A stretch of 64,000 nucleotides of DNA from Mytilus californianus (lineage: Eukaryota): assembly GCF_021869535.1 (NCBI RefSeq), contig NW_026262690.1, positions 80,476,001-80,540,000 of the forward strand, read 5' to 3'. Below, one piece after another: positions 39,050 to 51,716 of the stretch. Within the stretch, counting starts at the first letter, position 1. The number at the start of each line of letters is the position of its first letter. The notes beneath the pieces were generated by a model. It was not told the origin of the DNA and searched no databases. It was given only the letters and a program-made list of their open reading frames with translations. The position numbers were made by a program, and so were the translations under genes.

Positions 39050-40285
39050 AAAACAATAACTCCTAAAGGGGTCAATTGACTATTTTGATCATGTTGACTT
39101 ATTTGTAGATCTTACTTAGCTGAACATGTATTGCCATTTATTGACTTTCTATCTATTTTAATATTAAAGAAAATAACCAAAAACAGTAAAATTTAATAAA
39201 AATAAACTATTTCCAACAGTAACACAACAATGGGTTGTCGAACTTGTCTGAAAATTTCATTACAGATAGATCATGACCCATTTATTACTTTAACTTCTTT
39301 CACTTTTCACTTTTGCTCTAACTGCTGTAGTTTTTGAGATATAAGCCAAAAACTGCTTTTGTCCCCTATGTTCTATTTTTAGCCATGGCGGCCATGTTTG
39401 TTGATGGATCAAAACCTCGGAAACAATTAACAAACTAGATTCCCAACAGAACATGCAGTTAAAGTTTGGAAGTATTTGGCCCAGTAGTTTCAGAGAAGAA
39501 GTTTTTTGAAAAAGTAATAGACTTGCACGAAAAAATGTAAAAAATAAACCTTTCAAAGGCAATAACTCCTTAAGGAGTCAATTGACTATTTTGATCATTT
39601 GACTTATTTGTAGATCCTCCTTAGCTGAACATTTTTGCCATTTACACTTTCTATCTATTATAATATTAAAGATAATAACCAAAAACAGCAAAATTTCATA
39701 AAAATAAACTATTTAGGACAGCAATCCTACAATGGGTGGTCCAATTGGTCTGAAAATTTCATAGCAGATAGATTTTGACTTATTCATCACTTTAACTCCA
39801 TGTCACTTTTGCTCTAACTGCTTTAGTTTTTGAGATAAATGATACAATTTATAAACAAGTTACCCTAAGGAACATTCAGTTAAAGTTTAGAAGTATTAGG
39901 CAAAGTAGTTTCAGAGGAGAAGATTTTTAAATGTTATCAAACATGATGAACAAATTGTGTAAAATTGTCTTTAAAGGGCAATAACTCCTTAAGGGGTCAA
40001 TTGACAATTTTGGTCATACATGTATCAACTTTTTTGTAGATCTTACTTTGCTGAAAATTTTTACCCCTATGTTCTTTTTTTAGCCATGACGGCCATGTTT
40101 GTTGATGGATCAAAACTTCATATAGTTTTATAAACTAGATACCCTAACAAACATTCATTTAAGTTTAAAGGTATTTGGCCCAGTAGTTTCAGAGAAGATT
40201 CTTGAAATAGTTTACGATGACAGACAACGACGACGACAAGTGATGGCATAAGCTCACATGGTCCTCAAAGGGCCAGGTGAGCTAA
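39050..40285 (+). mobile_element. HINE-like element, family D (decayed array, intact 3' end)
   Basis: aataactcct..ggggtcaattgac recurs at ~39055, 39560 and 39980. A GAC microsatellite at ~40220 precedes the hairpin agctcacatggtcc-tcaaa-gggccaggtgagct and aaaaa. Confidence 0.7.
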
Positions 40286-40384
40286 AAAGGATAACAGGAA
40301 TTCACAAAAATATTGGACAGTTCAAATTGCTATTAGGTGATGTCTTATCACTATATATAACTTATCAACATATTCTATAAGAGT

Positions 40385-40570
40385 AACACGACCGGTGTCA
40401 CATGTGGAGTAGGATCGGCTCACCTACCAGAGTACCTGAGATCAACCCCAGTTTTGTGTTGGGTTCGTGATGTCTAGTCTTTAGTTTTCTATGTTGTGTT
40501 TTGTGTACTGTTGTTTGTCAGCTGGTCTTTTTCTTTTTTAGCCATGGCGTTGTCAGTTTATTTTCAACTT
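40385..40570 (+). mobile_element. Dispersed repeat: 3' end of the Penelope-like family
   Basis: Matches 30330-30530 and the reverse complement of 12228-12500. Confidence 0.65.
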
Positions 40571-42714
40571 ATGATTTTAATGTCCCTTTGGTATCTTTCG
40601 CCTCTCTTCAACAGACCCCACCTGAACCACCAATACCTAATTCTTCCCCCAAAATACTTGTAGACGTACATACAAAGAAAAACAACAAATGATCCAAATA
40701 ACATGGCTTGGTTACAGCTTATCATGTCTATTGTGAATTATCAACACTTCAGTAAACTTCATTAGTATCCATAAATAATTTATATTGTATTCCCATTAAC
40801 ACTTCAGAACCTTATAACATTTTCCTTTTTTATTTTCCATTTCATGTATCAATCACAGATTAATTAGAAGGTCTAACGAAGAAAGAGAGATACTTCAATG
40901 TAATATTAACAGCATTGAATTTAAAATAATGATAACCGACAAGTAAATAATGAACACGGAAAGTTCAATAAAACATTTATTCCGCTGTAAGATAATCTTA
41001 AATTTGTTAACAATCAATATCCTATCAAATTCAATAGGATGAAAATATTGCTGCAGGTATTTTGTATTGTTCGACAAGATATTGTCATTCAAATAACAGA
41101 ATAGATCCTATAATTGTATTTTGGATTGTTTATTGTTATTTAGGATACATGTATTCATGTATGGATCAACAGATTATGTAATTTTGTTGATTATCAGTTG
41201 AAATAGAATACTTGATACACTTTAGTGGAACATTATTGTCACTGAATGAATACATGAATTACATAATTATTATCTCCAACAGGGGTATTTTCCATTTAAA
41301 CTAGCTTTAACCTTACATTATTCTTAAATAATTGCCTTACAAAGTAAAATTTGTTCCAAAGTGAGAATTTTAATAAACATATATTTACATTTTTGTTTAT
41401 TTCATTATTGATAATGATATAATTTAGCTGTTTTAAATTATAACTAGTTATAATTACTGTAAATTAGGAAATTAATACATGCATTTATCAATGGGATTTA
41501 CTGATTACTGGTTGAAATGAGAGATATAATTACTGCAATTGCAAAAATTTTGTGAAGGAAAACCACAACTGAAATCATGATTGCCAGTTTTATTATTGGG
41601 AACCTGGTACTGTCACATTTATCGAATTATCAAACCCATTGCAACAATTTCTGAATTTACAGTACATGTATATACTTATGCCTAACAGAAGACAACCCTG
41701 GATTTCTGATATTTTAAACCAACAGGGAACTACACTTGAATGGAGGACTAGTGAGGAATATTGTTAACAGAAGGAGTACAATAGTTTGTTGAATATGAAA
41801 AAAATCTTCTGTACCTATTGACTCAGTGGCCTTGCCATTATTTTAATCAAAAAGGCTCTGACCATATAGGACTTTTCTATTACTATCTATAGCCCGTTAC
41901 TACATTTTGTGTACAACTTCAACTCTTGACCTTATCCCAGCTTTTAATACCTGATCAATGTTGAATATTACCCTTCAATAAAATTTTCCCCACATTATAC
42001 TATGCCTCAAATATTCATAGAAAAAAAACCCAAATGATATCACCATCCATTTGAAAATTCTGCGAGTGAATTATAGTGCTTCATTCATTTTATTGATTAA
42101 ATTATTGGCATTTAATATCTATTAGCATATATAACATGCATTTTGAAGACAATGACATGTAATTTCACTTAATATAGTCTGCTCTGAAGTAGATTAACAT
42201 AATGTAACATGCAAGCAGAGTTCTCACTAAGGATTTTTGAAAGCTAGTCCATGGACTCAACATTTTTGGTCATGGCAAGTCCAACAGTGAGAAGATAAAA
42301 TTCTATTGCTTTATGATTCATTATTTCAGTCCCCATAACAAAATAGAGCAAGTAAATGACATCAAATTCAGATTATTTTTTAAAGTTTTGTTATAAAATA
42401 ATAACACACATATGTACTCAGTCGATTTCACAGTCTTCATGCATCTTTGGACTCACCAGTTTTGAAAAAGATGAGTCCAAACAGATTTTATGAGTCCAGA
42501 ACTAATGCCCTAGTGCTAGATCACAAGACAACAGTCTACTGGATGAAATGTCACCTTACCTGTAAATTTGTTTCTATAACTCACCCAAACTTTAGTTGTC
42601 CCAACTACTAAATAATTTGCTAAGTGGAAAAGCAGCAGATCCTTCATTATGAGTTTGGTTGGTTTGGCTAAGCATTTGTGGATGAAACCCACAACCTTAC
42701 ACAATCAACTGATT

Positions 42715-42945
42715 GGTTGATTGGTGTTTAACACCATTTTCAGCACTATTGTTCTATTTCGTGGCTGTCAGTTTTTTTTATTAGATGAAACCGGAGTGCC
42801 AGAAAAGGACCACCAGCCTTCTGTATGAAAACTAACAATCCTAGTCAATTAAGACTGGAGTCTAGCCCATCTGCCACGTGCGGGATTTGAACTCAAAACC
42901 TCAGTGTTAGACAGGCTAGTGATACAGTAGTTTAACTCTAACAAT
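42715..42945 (-). mobile_element. tRNA-derived SINE-like repeat, second family
   Basis: gattggtgtttaac..cactttcagcactatt..ccggagtgcc..caatcctagtcaattaaga..gggatttgaactcaaaacctcagtg is also at 46715-46835 and 50915-51150. The minus strand carries a B-box-like gagttcaaatccc. Confidence 0.6.
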
Positions 42946-43432
42946 CAAAGTGAGCATGCTACCAACAGACGACTGAGGCAGCTCTGTTCATCATTCGTTT
43001 GTAGTTAATTCATACTACACTGTACCATATATTCAGTGTTTACATGGAGTTAATTCACTGAAATTCAATCTGTAATTATCACGACCATATGCCAACATTA
43101 AGTGAAAAACTCTTTCTTTTCACAAAATATTAATTCTCTTTGTCAATAATAAACATATATATACTAAGATTTGAGTGTTCGGCTCATATAATTCAAGTCT
43201 AAATATTTTCATTACTGGCAATTCTTAATGTGAAATCTGAACAAGGTTTTTAAATAAGAAAGAACCAGTCCCCTATTGGCTTTTATATGTTTAATACAGA
43301 AAACAATATTAGTATTTTCACTACAGACAATCACGTTGTCAGAAACCTCCAAATTTATTGATAAAAAAATAATCAAGATTTAGTCTGGATTAGCTACAGC
43401 TTAAGTTCTAATAAAAAGTGTGAGAAACATAC

Positions 43433-43597
43433 CTAGTTTGTCTTTACTTGATTGCTTTTTCTTTGGAGGTTGATCAATACATGGAAATCCTCCACAATTC
43501 TGGAAGCAGAACAGTTTGTTCAGGTACATAAAGAAGATGATCAAAACAATCAGAAATGATCCTACAGCACCAAGGAAAGCTACTGCTTCTGTTGGTA
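43433..43597 (-). CDS. SYT14: Synaptotagmin-14/16-like exon 2 (transmembrane helix)
   Basis: 165 nt, ttttcag acceptor, GTATGT donor. Translates (L)PTEAVAFLGAVGSFLIVLIIFFMYLNKLFCFQNCGGFPCIDQPPKKKQSSKDKL; compare recalled SYT14 PEAVGFLSAVGVF...YINKKFCFENVGGFP. Confidence 0.95.
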
Positions 43598-43653
43598 CTG
43601 AAAACAAAGAAAAATTTTACAATAAAAAATCTATGGATCCTCTTTTGCTTTAA

Positions 43654-44329
43654 AGGGGCACTAGCTGTCAAAATCATGTTCACCGATTTGACTCAAATCT
43701 CATATTTGATTTATAACAAATAAAACACATATCCAAATTACAAAAAGTCTGAAATAAACAGTTAACAATGCATATACTAGATAATATATATCAGAAATTA
43801 AGTCTAGACGCCATCTAATTAACTATCAAGATGACCTCTGAAAACTGACGACAGTCACATAACACAATAGAAACATAAACATAAATATAAATAGATAGCG
43901 ACCTCCTGCAATTGGATTTTTCTATGTCTGTTTGATTTCATGTTATAGGTTAAAAAAATAAGTTATCGTTTTTACCTGTATAAGAATGAGTTTTTGTGGA
44001 TCGAATCAGTCAATCAAATGATTTACCTTTGTTTCATGTTCAATGTTGACATTCTTTTCCTTTTAATAACTGAACACGCATAATTCATGCGTAATCCATC
44101 TCTAGCTAAGGGGTTAAATTGAAGGTCACATGAATAGAGATTCAATGAGGTTGATTTTTCACTTGCAAGTGAATAATTAATCATCGATGTTTCTTAGTTT
44201 ATTTTGACAAAATTGAACCATACTGGCTGCTAAAAGCGAATTATTATTTCACTATTTCACTTTCATTAATGACTGAACAAAAAAAAATCATATTTTAAAT
44301 TTTTTATATACCTCGTAGCTAGTGCCCCT
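43654..44329. mobile_element. Non-autonomous Kolobok-like DNA transposon
   Basis: TIRs AGGGGCACTAGCT / AGCTAGTGCCCCT with TTAA at 43650-53 and 44330-33. Purine termini favour Kolobok over piggyBac. Confidence 0.8.
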
Positions 44330-46426
44330 TTAAGATTTTGGAAATTAAATTTTTACATCACCAAACTTAATTATATTTCATACATTATAAAAACAACAGT
44401 CTTTTAAATTGGAAATATAAACAAAGTGATTGATATAAGTAAAAACAAATATTTCTTTTTCAAGATTAATCCTCTTCCATAAATATCAGAAATCTTGATA
44501 AAATGAAGTGAATTTGTAAAATCTCATCAAGACTTTTACACATAATTACTTAGACTGGAAATGCAAAATGGTGTCCTGAATAGATCAAAGAGGTAGGGCT
44601 AATTTTCCCTGAATTTATCTAAAATTAGGGTCATTTTATAAAATTACTTCAATCCTTACCAAAAGTCACAGTATCATAAATTCTTATGTGTAGTTTAATA
44701 TTTTCACCATATTTAGTTGTATTTCTGAACACGCCATTAAATCATAATTGTTATATAAACTCAAATATTCAATTCAAATTATTGGTTTAAACAACTTTCT
44801 GATTCTGCCTCAGTGAGAGACAAATACAGGTACAGGGAAAAATTGGCCCCACCTCTTTGTTATACACTGCATGATTAATTAAAGTCAGTTTTGTTTTAAA
44901 CATTTTAACTAGCATGCCAACGAATTGTTTTCTTTGGAAATAAAAAAATATTAGAAACAACACAAAATAAAACAAAAAAACACAGTCTCAAGTCTGGTAA
45001 AAACAAACATGTCGGGAAAAAATTTTTTTTTTTGTCAAACTTACCTGTTGATTTGTATAATTTTATTTGAAGTGTTTATGCTCTAGCAGACCATTTGCCA
45101 TATTCATTTTTACTTATAAAGAGAAACACAAAGTTTTTGTCTAATAATTATTTTCTATTTAGAAAATACTTTTATTTTACCTTCTTCCATGCACAAACTA
45201 CATGTACCTTCAGACATGAGGCCAGAGAAAATCAAGCATAGATATGTAAGTGTATGCTCATTCTACCTCAAAACTTTTGTTTTCTCTACCATGTCAATAG
45301 ATCACAAATTATTTTTCTTGTTCATTAAAAAAAAAATTGTTGAATGTAAAAAGTGCTTAACTGAAAAGTTTAGCCTCCATGTGACAGTCAAGTCAAGTCA
45401 AGTACAAATGAAGGAATAACAACTCTCAAAAAAAACTGTAGAAAAAACAGTTTACCTAATAAATGCAAAACAGCTGAAAAAAAAAATATTTCTGTTAAAA
45501 TTACTAATGTACAACATATTAATTTACATGTTTTAAAAAGGTTACTTATTAAAGCAGTTTTGTTGTGAGCAGCAAAACATTTTTTTTCATTGAATATCCC
45601 ACATTATACTACGTGTACATGTATATACAAAATAACAATGATTGTATTTTGTTTTTGAATTATTTTAAAACCATTTGTCCCATTTTTCTGAAGTTTTCAA
45701 CAAGAATATGGTATCTTTCGCAGAAATGTTGTGCCTTCGAACATTTGTATGAAGCAAAATATTGTCTGACATGTCTGATGGAAAAATATCCACAGGACAA
45801 AATTTCATGATTATCTACCATTATATTTTGTCCCCTTCCACAGAAGGACAATTTTCCATATGAATTTTGCCAGTTAAAAAGACTCTATAGGTAGACAATA
45901 TCTTATAGATAGATAGTAATGAAAATTGTCTCCTTAAAGCAAGTTTATTTTAAGTTATATTTTGTCTATATTGAGACAATATTCTATGGATTGATTGTCG
46001 TAAAATTTTCTCATTAAAGGGAGGTTATTGAAAGTAATATTTTGGACAATGATATCTTGAATTACCATCTGCTATTGTATGATGCTTAATCACTTGATAA
46101 TCTGATATACATGCAACTAATCAACATATTTTGTAGGAGTAATACTACTGGTGTAACAATTGGAGAAGGTCGCTAAATTTTCATGAGTACCTGAGATCAC
46201 CCCTGGGTTTTGGCAAGATTCCCATTGCTCAGTCCATAGTTTGCATTGCTATGTACATGTAGTGGTTTGTTTTTTCATAATTTTCATGGATAGCATTTCA
46301 TTATAAAATATTTCCCTGGACAGCATTTCACTGTATTTTAATATATATACATGTAATATAATATTGTCTGCAGACAATACTTTGTATGAAATTTAGTCCA
46401 GAGGACAATATTTCACAGGGTACATA

Positions 46427-46528
46427 CAGTGGCGGATCCAAAGGGGGGGTGTTCCGGAGGTTGGAACCCCCCTTTTTTTTGGACGATCAATGCTTTTGAA
46501 TGGGGACAAATGGCTGGATCCGCCCCTG
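46427..46528. mobile_element. Short MITE remnant
   Basis: TIRs cagtggcggatcca / tggatccgcccctg; no TSD detectable. Confidence 0.65.
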
Positions 46529-46714
46529 ACAATTTTTTATGTTACACAACATCCCGAAATCCAGATTAACATTTTAATCACTCTAAATTGATACCTGCAT
46601 AATTTTGGATTTACATGTACATTATCATCTTACAAATATAGTTAATGTAATGGCATGCTCATAATGAAGGTGAACATTGTTAACCATTGTAATTTTTCTT
46701 TGACAGTATTGATT

Positions 46715-46835
46715 TCATTAGATTGATAGGTGTTTAACGCCACTTCCAGCACTATTGTGCTATTTCATTAGTTTTTATTGGTGGAGGAAGCCGGAGTGCC
46801 GAGAGAGAACAACCAACCTTTGGTAGGAAAATCTT
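46715..46835 (-). mobile_element. Truncated copy of the second SINE family
   Basis: Matches 50915-51030. Confidence 0.6.
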
Positions 46836-47946
46836 TTGACAATACAAAAGTAACAATACAACTGTTTTACAGATTTGGACCAGCCACTTAAATGTGTTAA
46901 AATAAATGACTGTTTAGGATATAAATTCATAGTCAACAAATCTTAATCTTTGATCTTAGCAAAAAATATTGATAAAAGCATTTGTTAAGATTTGATCAAT
47001 ATTAATACAAGCAACTTTTCCAGAACATGAAAACCACCATTTCCTAAGGGATCAATCTCATATCTGGTATCTGTCTGTATCTTTATCTGTGAAAATATGT
47101 TGTAGCTCCCAAAAAATTTTGGTATTTAAACGATGATCAGAAAAGTTGTTAACCAAAAGCAGTTGCTATTCATTTAATCGTTTGCAAATTATAATACAGG
47201 TATGTATTTTCCCTAAAATCATTTTTTTTTGCACAATAAATCTTTATCTCAAACAGGTTATTTATATAACTATTTAATTTTGTCCCAATCTGTGATTCTT
47301 CCGGGGGAGTCAGAATCTCCCTCTCATTAATAATAATTCAAATCCTTGTTTTTTTCTTCAAAATTTCAACCCCAGAAAAATTGGTCAGTTTCTATTTTTC
47401 ATTACCATTAATGTCATTCCTAATAACGTTTTTTGCATCACTGATGAGGGTAATTCTTACCTGTAAATCAAAGAACTAATGTAATTATATGGCTTCATTT
47501 GACAGATTGGGTGTCAAACATACTATTAATTAACTTCTTTCACCTCAGGCTAATTGCAGTTATGTAATAAAATTAAAGCTCTGTGTTGTCAACGTATATT
47601 TGTTCCGCCTAACAGAAGTTCCACTGGAAACTTTGTTATAAACAATGTCATAATATCTGTTCCTGTTGGAACAAATATTCTATACCATTTATTCCGTTAG
47701 GAACATTTACTGTAATATTTATTCCAGTGGAAATATTCCAGAATATTGTTTCCATTTGGAACTTATATTATGAAGGAACTTCTATTCCGTGACAGTGTAT
47801 TTAAAACACTTGATAGAAATTTCGAGTTACTTCCCTTGTTTTACCATGCTCCAATAATGTAAATTGATGAAAAATATAAAAAAATACAAATTGATGAAAG
47901 AATTATATAAGGAAAGTAATTTAAAGATTTTAAATTTCTTAGGACA

Positions 47947-48274
47947 AACTAGATATCATTGAGATGGGTGCCATCTCTGTGGGCCCCACTGTGAATAATG
48001 TGTGGTAAAAAATTTGTATCTTTACCATAGGACATGGGGTTGTCAACTGAAACCAAAGTTTTTGACCTTGGCCTTTGACCTAGGAAGTTGTACATACATT
48101 ATGACACACCCTCTGGTGTTGGTTAATATACATGTCAAGTATAAACTCTGAAATCGTAACAGTTCTCTAGGCATAGAGTGGACACAATTTGTAACGGACC
48201 GACGGACAGACGGAGGGATAGACGGATGGACAGACTGATCACTATAGGGAGTCCGCCATTTGGCGGGGCCCTAA
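47947..48274 (+). mobile_element. HINE-like element, family E, with a single internal unit
   Basis: Starts aactagatatc with short 5' palindromes. A (GACG/GACA)n microsatellite precedes the hairpin gggagtccgcca-ttt-ggcggggccc and taa. It is the reverse complement of 52303-52950. Confidence 0.8.
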
Positions 48275-48648
48275 TGATGATGATGATGATGATGATGGAT
48301 GGCTGCTTAACGTTCAGCTGCAAATTAATATGCATATTCAGGACGAGAACATGTTAATGTAATATGAATATAAACCCTGCTTTGTACTAGACCGACACGC
48401 TGAGCTGAATTTTAAACATGCTAGTTCACAAGTTCACAACAGTCCGCAGGAAGACACATCACCTTACAAGGACACATTATTTTGACTCTGCGCCGACCAG
48501 TCTTTGCTCTTACCCCTAAATGTTGCGTGCTTAGCTGAGAAGCAGCAAATACCAATTTTTTAGACTTCAGTTTGACCCGGCTGGAGTTCGAACCTACGAC
48601 CTCCAGCACTCAAGGCGAACACACTACCACGAGACCACAGAGGCGGTT
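48275..48648 (-). mobile_element. Near full-length tRNA-derived SINE
   Basis: The minus strand has an A-box-like TGGTCTCGTGG (~48637-48627), a B box GGTTCGAACTCC (48594-48583), a non-tRNA body and a (CAT)n tail at 48275-48300. Confidence 0.8.
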
Positions 48649-49222
48649 GGGACAAATAAGAAAATAATATGAAAATCATTTAAGTGATCTATAATTCTTT
48701 TCAATGCTTAAATTGAAATTGACATACTATCTATTTACATCTACCTACAATCAAGTCTAAAGTTAGCAGACCTTTATTTATCAGGATTTTACTCTTTTTC
48801 ATAAATGGGTCGAGTTGGCAGACCTTTATTCATCGGGAGTTTACCCTTTTAGTTTTTCATACGTGGGGCAAGATGGCAGGAGTAAATTCATTGGGATTTT
48901 ACACTTTTTCACAAGTGGGGCCAGTTGGTGAAAAAAGTGGGGTGATTTGGTGTGGGGCAATTTGGCAGTGGAGCGAGTCGTCCTGGATTCCTCTGTCACA
49001 TGTACGTGCAACATGGTTTCCAGTAAAGACGACATAACTTATAGAGACTGTTAACCACTTTTCCCCATCATACATAACATGAATCTTTATGTTAAATTTC
49101 ATTTACAAAATTGAGGCATTTGTATATATAATTTGTACAGTAACATGTTTATCCTTGAATTTAGTTAATGTTTACATTTTTCAAATTTGTATATCATTTA
49201 TGCACGTGTTTAGCGTACTTAC

Positions 49223-49232
49223 ACGTCACCAT
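49223..49232 (-). CDS. SYT14: Synaptotagmin-14/16-like exon 1, coding part (ATG GTG ACG T)
   Basis: aaacATG context and a perfect GTAAGT phase-1 donor. Joining to exon 2 gives MVTLPTEAV. The total CDS is 1509 nt (502 aa) with all phases consistent. Confidence 0.75.
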
Positions 49233-49624
49233 GTTTTAGTCAATTTGTGATGTTAATAATATCTAACAGACTTGTCAATATTTGACTGTTGGTTGCATGC
49301 TTTTGGTTCGCACAAACTAACAACAATTTGTTTATCAAAATTGTAAATTAATCAGCCAGTAAAGTGGTCTTCCTGTTCTGTGGAAGGGATCGGATTCGGA
49401 TTGATTAAGCCGTTCTGAAAATTACAACCAGTCCTAGCACATTTTGTTATTATTGTGTAAATAGGCTTAAGAAATAATTGCATTTATAGCCTCATAAATA
49501 TTTTGTTACAAAATTTGTTACTTTGAACTAAAACAGTGGAAAATAATATCCGCTTTGAATTCCGTATTTGCTTTAACAATGATTTATAAATGAAAACTTC
49601 CGGTTGCTCCATGCAGACGAAGTC
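49233..49624. promoter_or_regulatory. Putative bidirectional promoter and 5' UTRs shared by the synaptotagmin gene and OPA3
   Basis: 392 bp separate the divergent ATGs. An ETS-type motif ACTTCCGG lies at ~49596-49603, and CpG is locally more frequent than in the flanks. Confidence 0.6.
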
Positions 49625-49751
49625 ATGTTGCCAATATTAAAATTGGCCACTCTACTTATCAAACAGTTTACAAGACCCGTCGTAAATACCATCAGTGAAT
49701 CGGCAAAGCAATACCCTAAATTTCGTTCAATTATTGTAAAATTAGCACAAA
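49625..49751 (+). CDS. OPA3: OPA3-family protein exon 1 (not in the ORF track)
   Basis: Translates MLPILKLATLLIKQFTRPVVNTISESAKQYPKFRSIIVKLAQ, then an A|GTAAGA phase-1 donor. It resembles the recalled OPA3 N-terminus PMAKLLYLGIRQVSKPLAN. Confidence 0.88.
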
Positions 49752-49783
49752 GTAAGAATTATAAAATAACCATAAATCATTAA

Positions 49784-50366
49784 GGTTCATCATAACAAAT
49801 GGACAAATATGGCCGTATTTTCACCTCAAAAACTACTCTGTGTACAGACTTACCTGTGCAGTTTGCAAAGTTTTAAGGCCTGGCATCCACTAGATATATA
49901 AAAGTTAAATTTATTTTGCATATCAGAAAGATAAAATCGTTTTTGGATTTTGATGGGCATTTTTTTTCCTTTCTGCAGAAGATGTAAAAATAAACAAACA
50001 CCTGAGTTGCATTTGATATGGTCCACTCAATTCCTACCTTTAACTCACCTATAGATGTGTAGATATCTATTGTCCATGCCAATCAAGGACAATCAATACA
50101 ATACAAACCAGTTGTTACCTGAGAGGGAGCATCTCAAAATTGTTTCCCAACTTAGTTATTTTTAACACCTTCTGCAGGAACGAAAAAAAATGCCCATCAT
50201 AATCCAAACAAGATTTCATGTTTCTGATATGCAATATAATTTAAACTTTTATATATCTAGTGGATGCCAGGCCTTAAAACTTTCCAAACTGTACAGGTAA
50301 GTCTGTACATAGAGTAATTTTTGAGGTGAAAATACGGCCATATTTGTCCATTTGTTATGATGAACC
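49784..50366. mobile_element. Foldback element with ~200-bp TIRs and a TTAA target duplication (Kolobok-like)
   Basis: ggttcatcataacaaatggacaaatatggccgtatt... (49784) is the reverse complement of ...ccatttgttatgatgaacc (50366). TTAA occurs at 49780-83 and 50367-70. Confidence 0.88.
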
Positions 50367-50914
50367 TTAAATGCAGTATTTGAACAATGACAACATACTT
50401 AGGTACATTGCATCATGTGGTCACACATGCACTTGTCTCTGAAAAAAAAACCCCAATATACTTCAATTTAACACAAGTACCAACTCTTATTTTTGAGAAA
50501 TGATACTCATTCCTGAAATTTCGATTCTGGGGTTGTCTATCCCAAATTTTTATGGCACTGAAACTTGTTATGTCATAGATCTACATTCGATTATCTACAA
50601 AATGGTGTATAATATTACTATTTCTTTTGTTGGAATCATTAGTAGCAGGCCTTCCAAGTAGGTCAACAGTATTTAAATTATTCTCACAACGAAATGGCAA
50701 CTTCTCTGAGGTCATAAACAAATATATGTCTGTTTACGGTTACCCGACTGACCCTAATTTGAGTGCCAACTGTAAGTCATTTTATTTCGTCCATAGAGTT
50801 AAAAATTAACTGAACTCGTGTCAAAAGCAAAGAGTTGCCAATGAATTTAAGCAATTGCCTGATGCATCCAAATGTTCACAATCGTGAATATGACAGCTGC
50901 TTTAAAGATTAATT

Positions 50915-51150
50915 GATTGATTGATTGGTGTTTTAATGCCACTTTCAACATTATTGTGCTATATCGTGGCAGTCAGTTTTTATTGGTGGAGGAAGCCGGA
51001 CTGCCCAGAGAGAACCACCAACCTTCTGTGGGGAAACTGACAATCCTAGTCAATTAAGATTGGAGTTGAGTGCACCTGTCCTGTGCGGGATAGGAACTCA
51101 AAACCTCAGTGTTGACTGGCTAGTGATACAGTAGTTGGACTACTTGGACC
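50915..51150 (-). mobile_element. Second SINE family, most complete copy, with (ATTG)n tail
   Basis: Matches 42715-42945. Confidence 0.6.
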
Positions 51151-51674
51151 TGTTATAAGGAAAATTGTGACTCGTGTGATGAAATGAACATGTTGCCGCC
51201 ATTTTAATCCCTACCAATAATCAAGGGAAATAATCATTAAAATACAGGTAAACTCGGCCCATGGACAACTCAGACCACGGCAAGAGTGACTGCATGACTC
51301 AAAATCATGTCGCAAAAAATGAGATGAAAAAATAAAATAAAATGCATATACTGACCTACCTACAATGTACCTTATTTTTTAGACGACAGCAACATTTTTG
51401 TATTGGTATTATGTTATGGCAATGTCTGCATCGTCGTCCGAAGACATTTGTCATCCTAAGACATTTTGGTTCACAGACAATAACTCCAGTATAAGTGTAT
51501 GGATCTCTATGAAAATTTTATCACATGGTTCCATACCGCAATAGGAAGGTTGGGATCGATTTTGGGAGTTATTGGTGAAGCTGTTTAGTAATTAGGGACC
51601 GAAAACAAGAATTTTCTGGTTCACAGACAATTACTGGAGTATAACCAATAAAAACAACATGTTATAAATTTCAT

Positions 51675-51716
51675 GCATCCGAAGAGCTTTTCTGGATTTA
51701 CCTTCATCAGGAACGC
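51675..51716 (-). ncRNA. Minimal type I hammerhead ribozyme-like motif inside a ~190-bp insertion
   Basis: Minus strand reads GCGTTC-CTGATGA-AGG taaat CCA-GAA-AAGCTCTT-C-GGATGC. Stem I pairs (GCGTTC/GGATGC), both core strands are present, and stem III is a palindrome with one mismatch. Confidence 0.6.

Noticed and set aside
45045-45125. Perfect minus-strand CAG|GTAAGT donor with nearby ATGs as the synaptotagmin first coding exon
   Set aside because: All nearby ATG frames hit stops before the donor. The 49223-49232 exon fits the phase and gives a sensible N-terminus. A non-coding role cannot be excluded.
47430-47465. gcatcaCTGATGAggg.. hammerhead-like half core
   Set aside because: No GAAA or stem III follows, so the core is incomplete.
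48575-48648. tRNA gene
   Set aside because: It has A/B boxes but no complete cloverleaf and continues into a SINE body and microsatellite tail.
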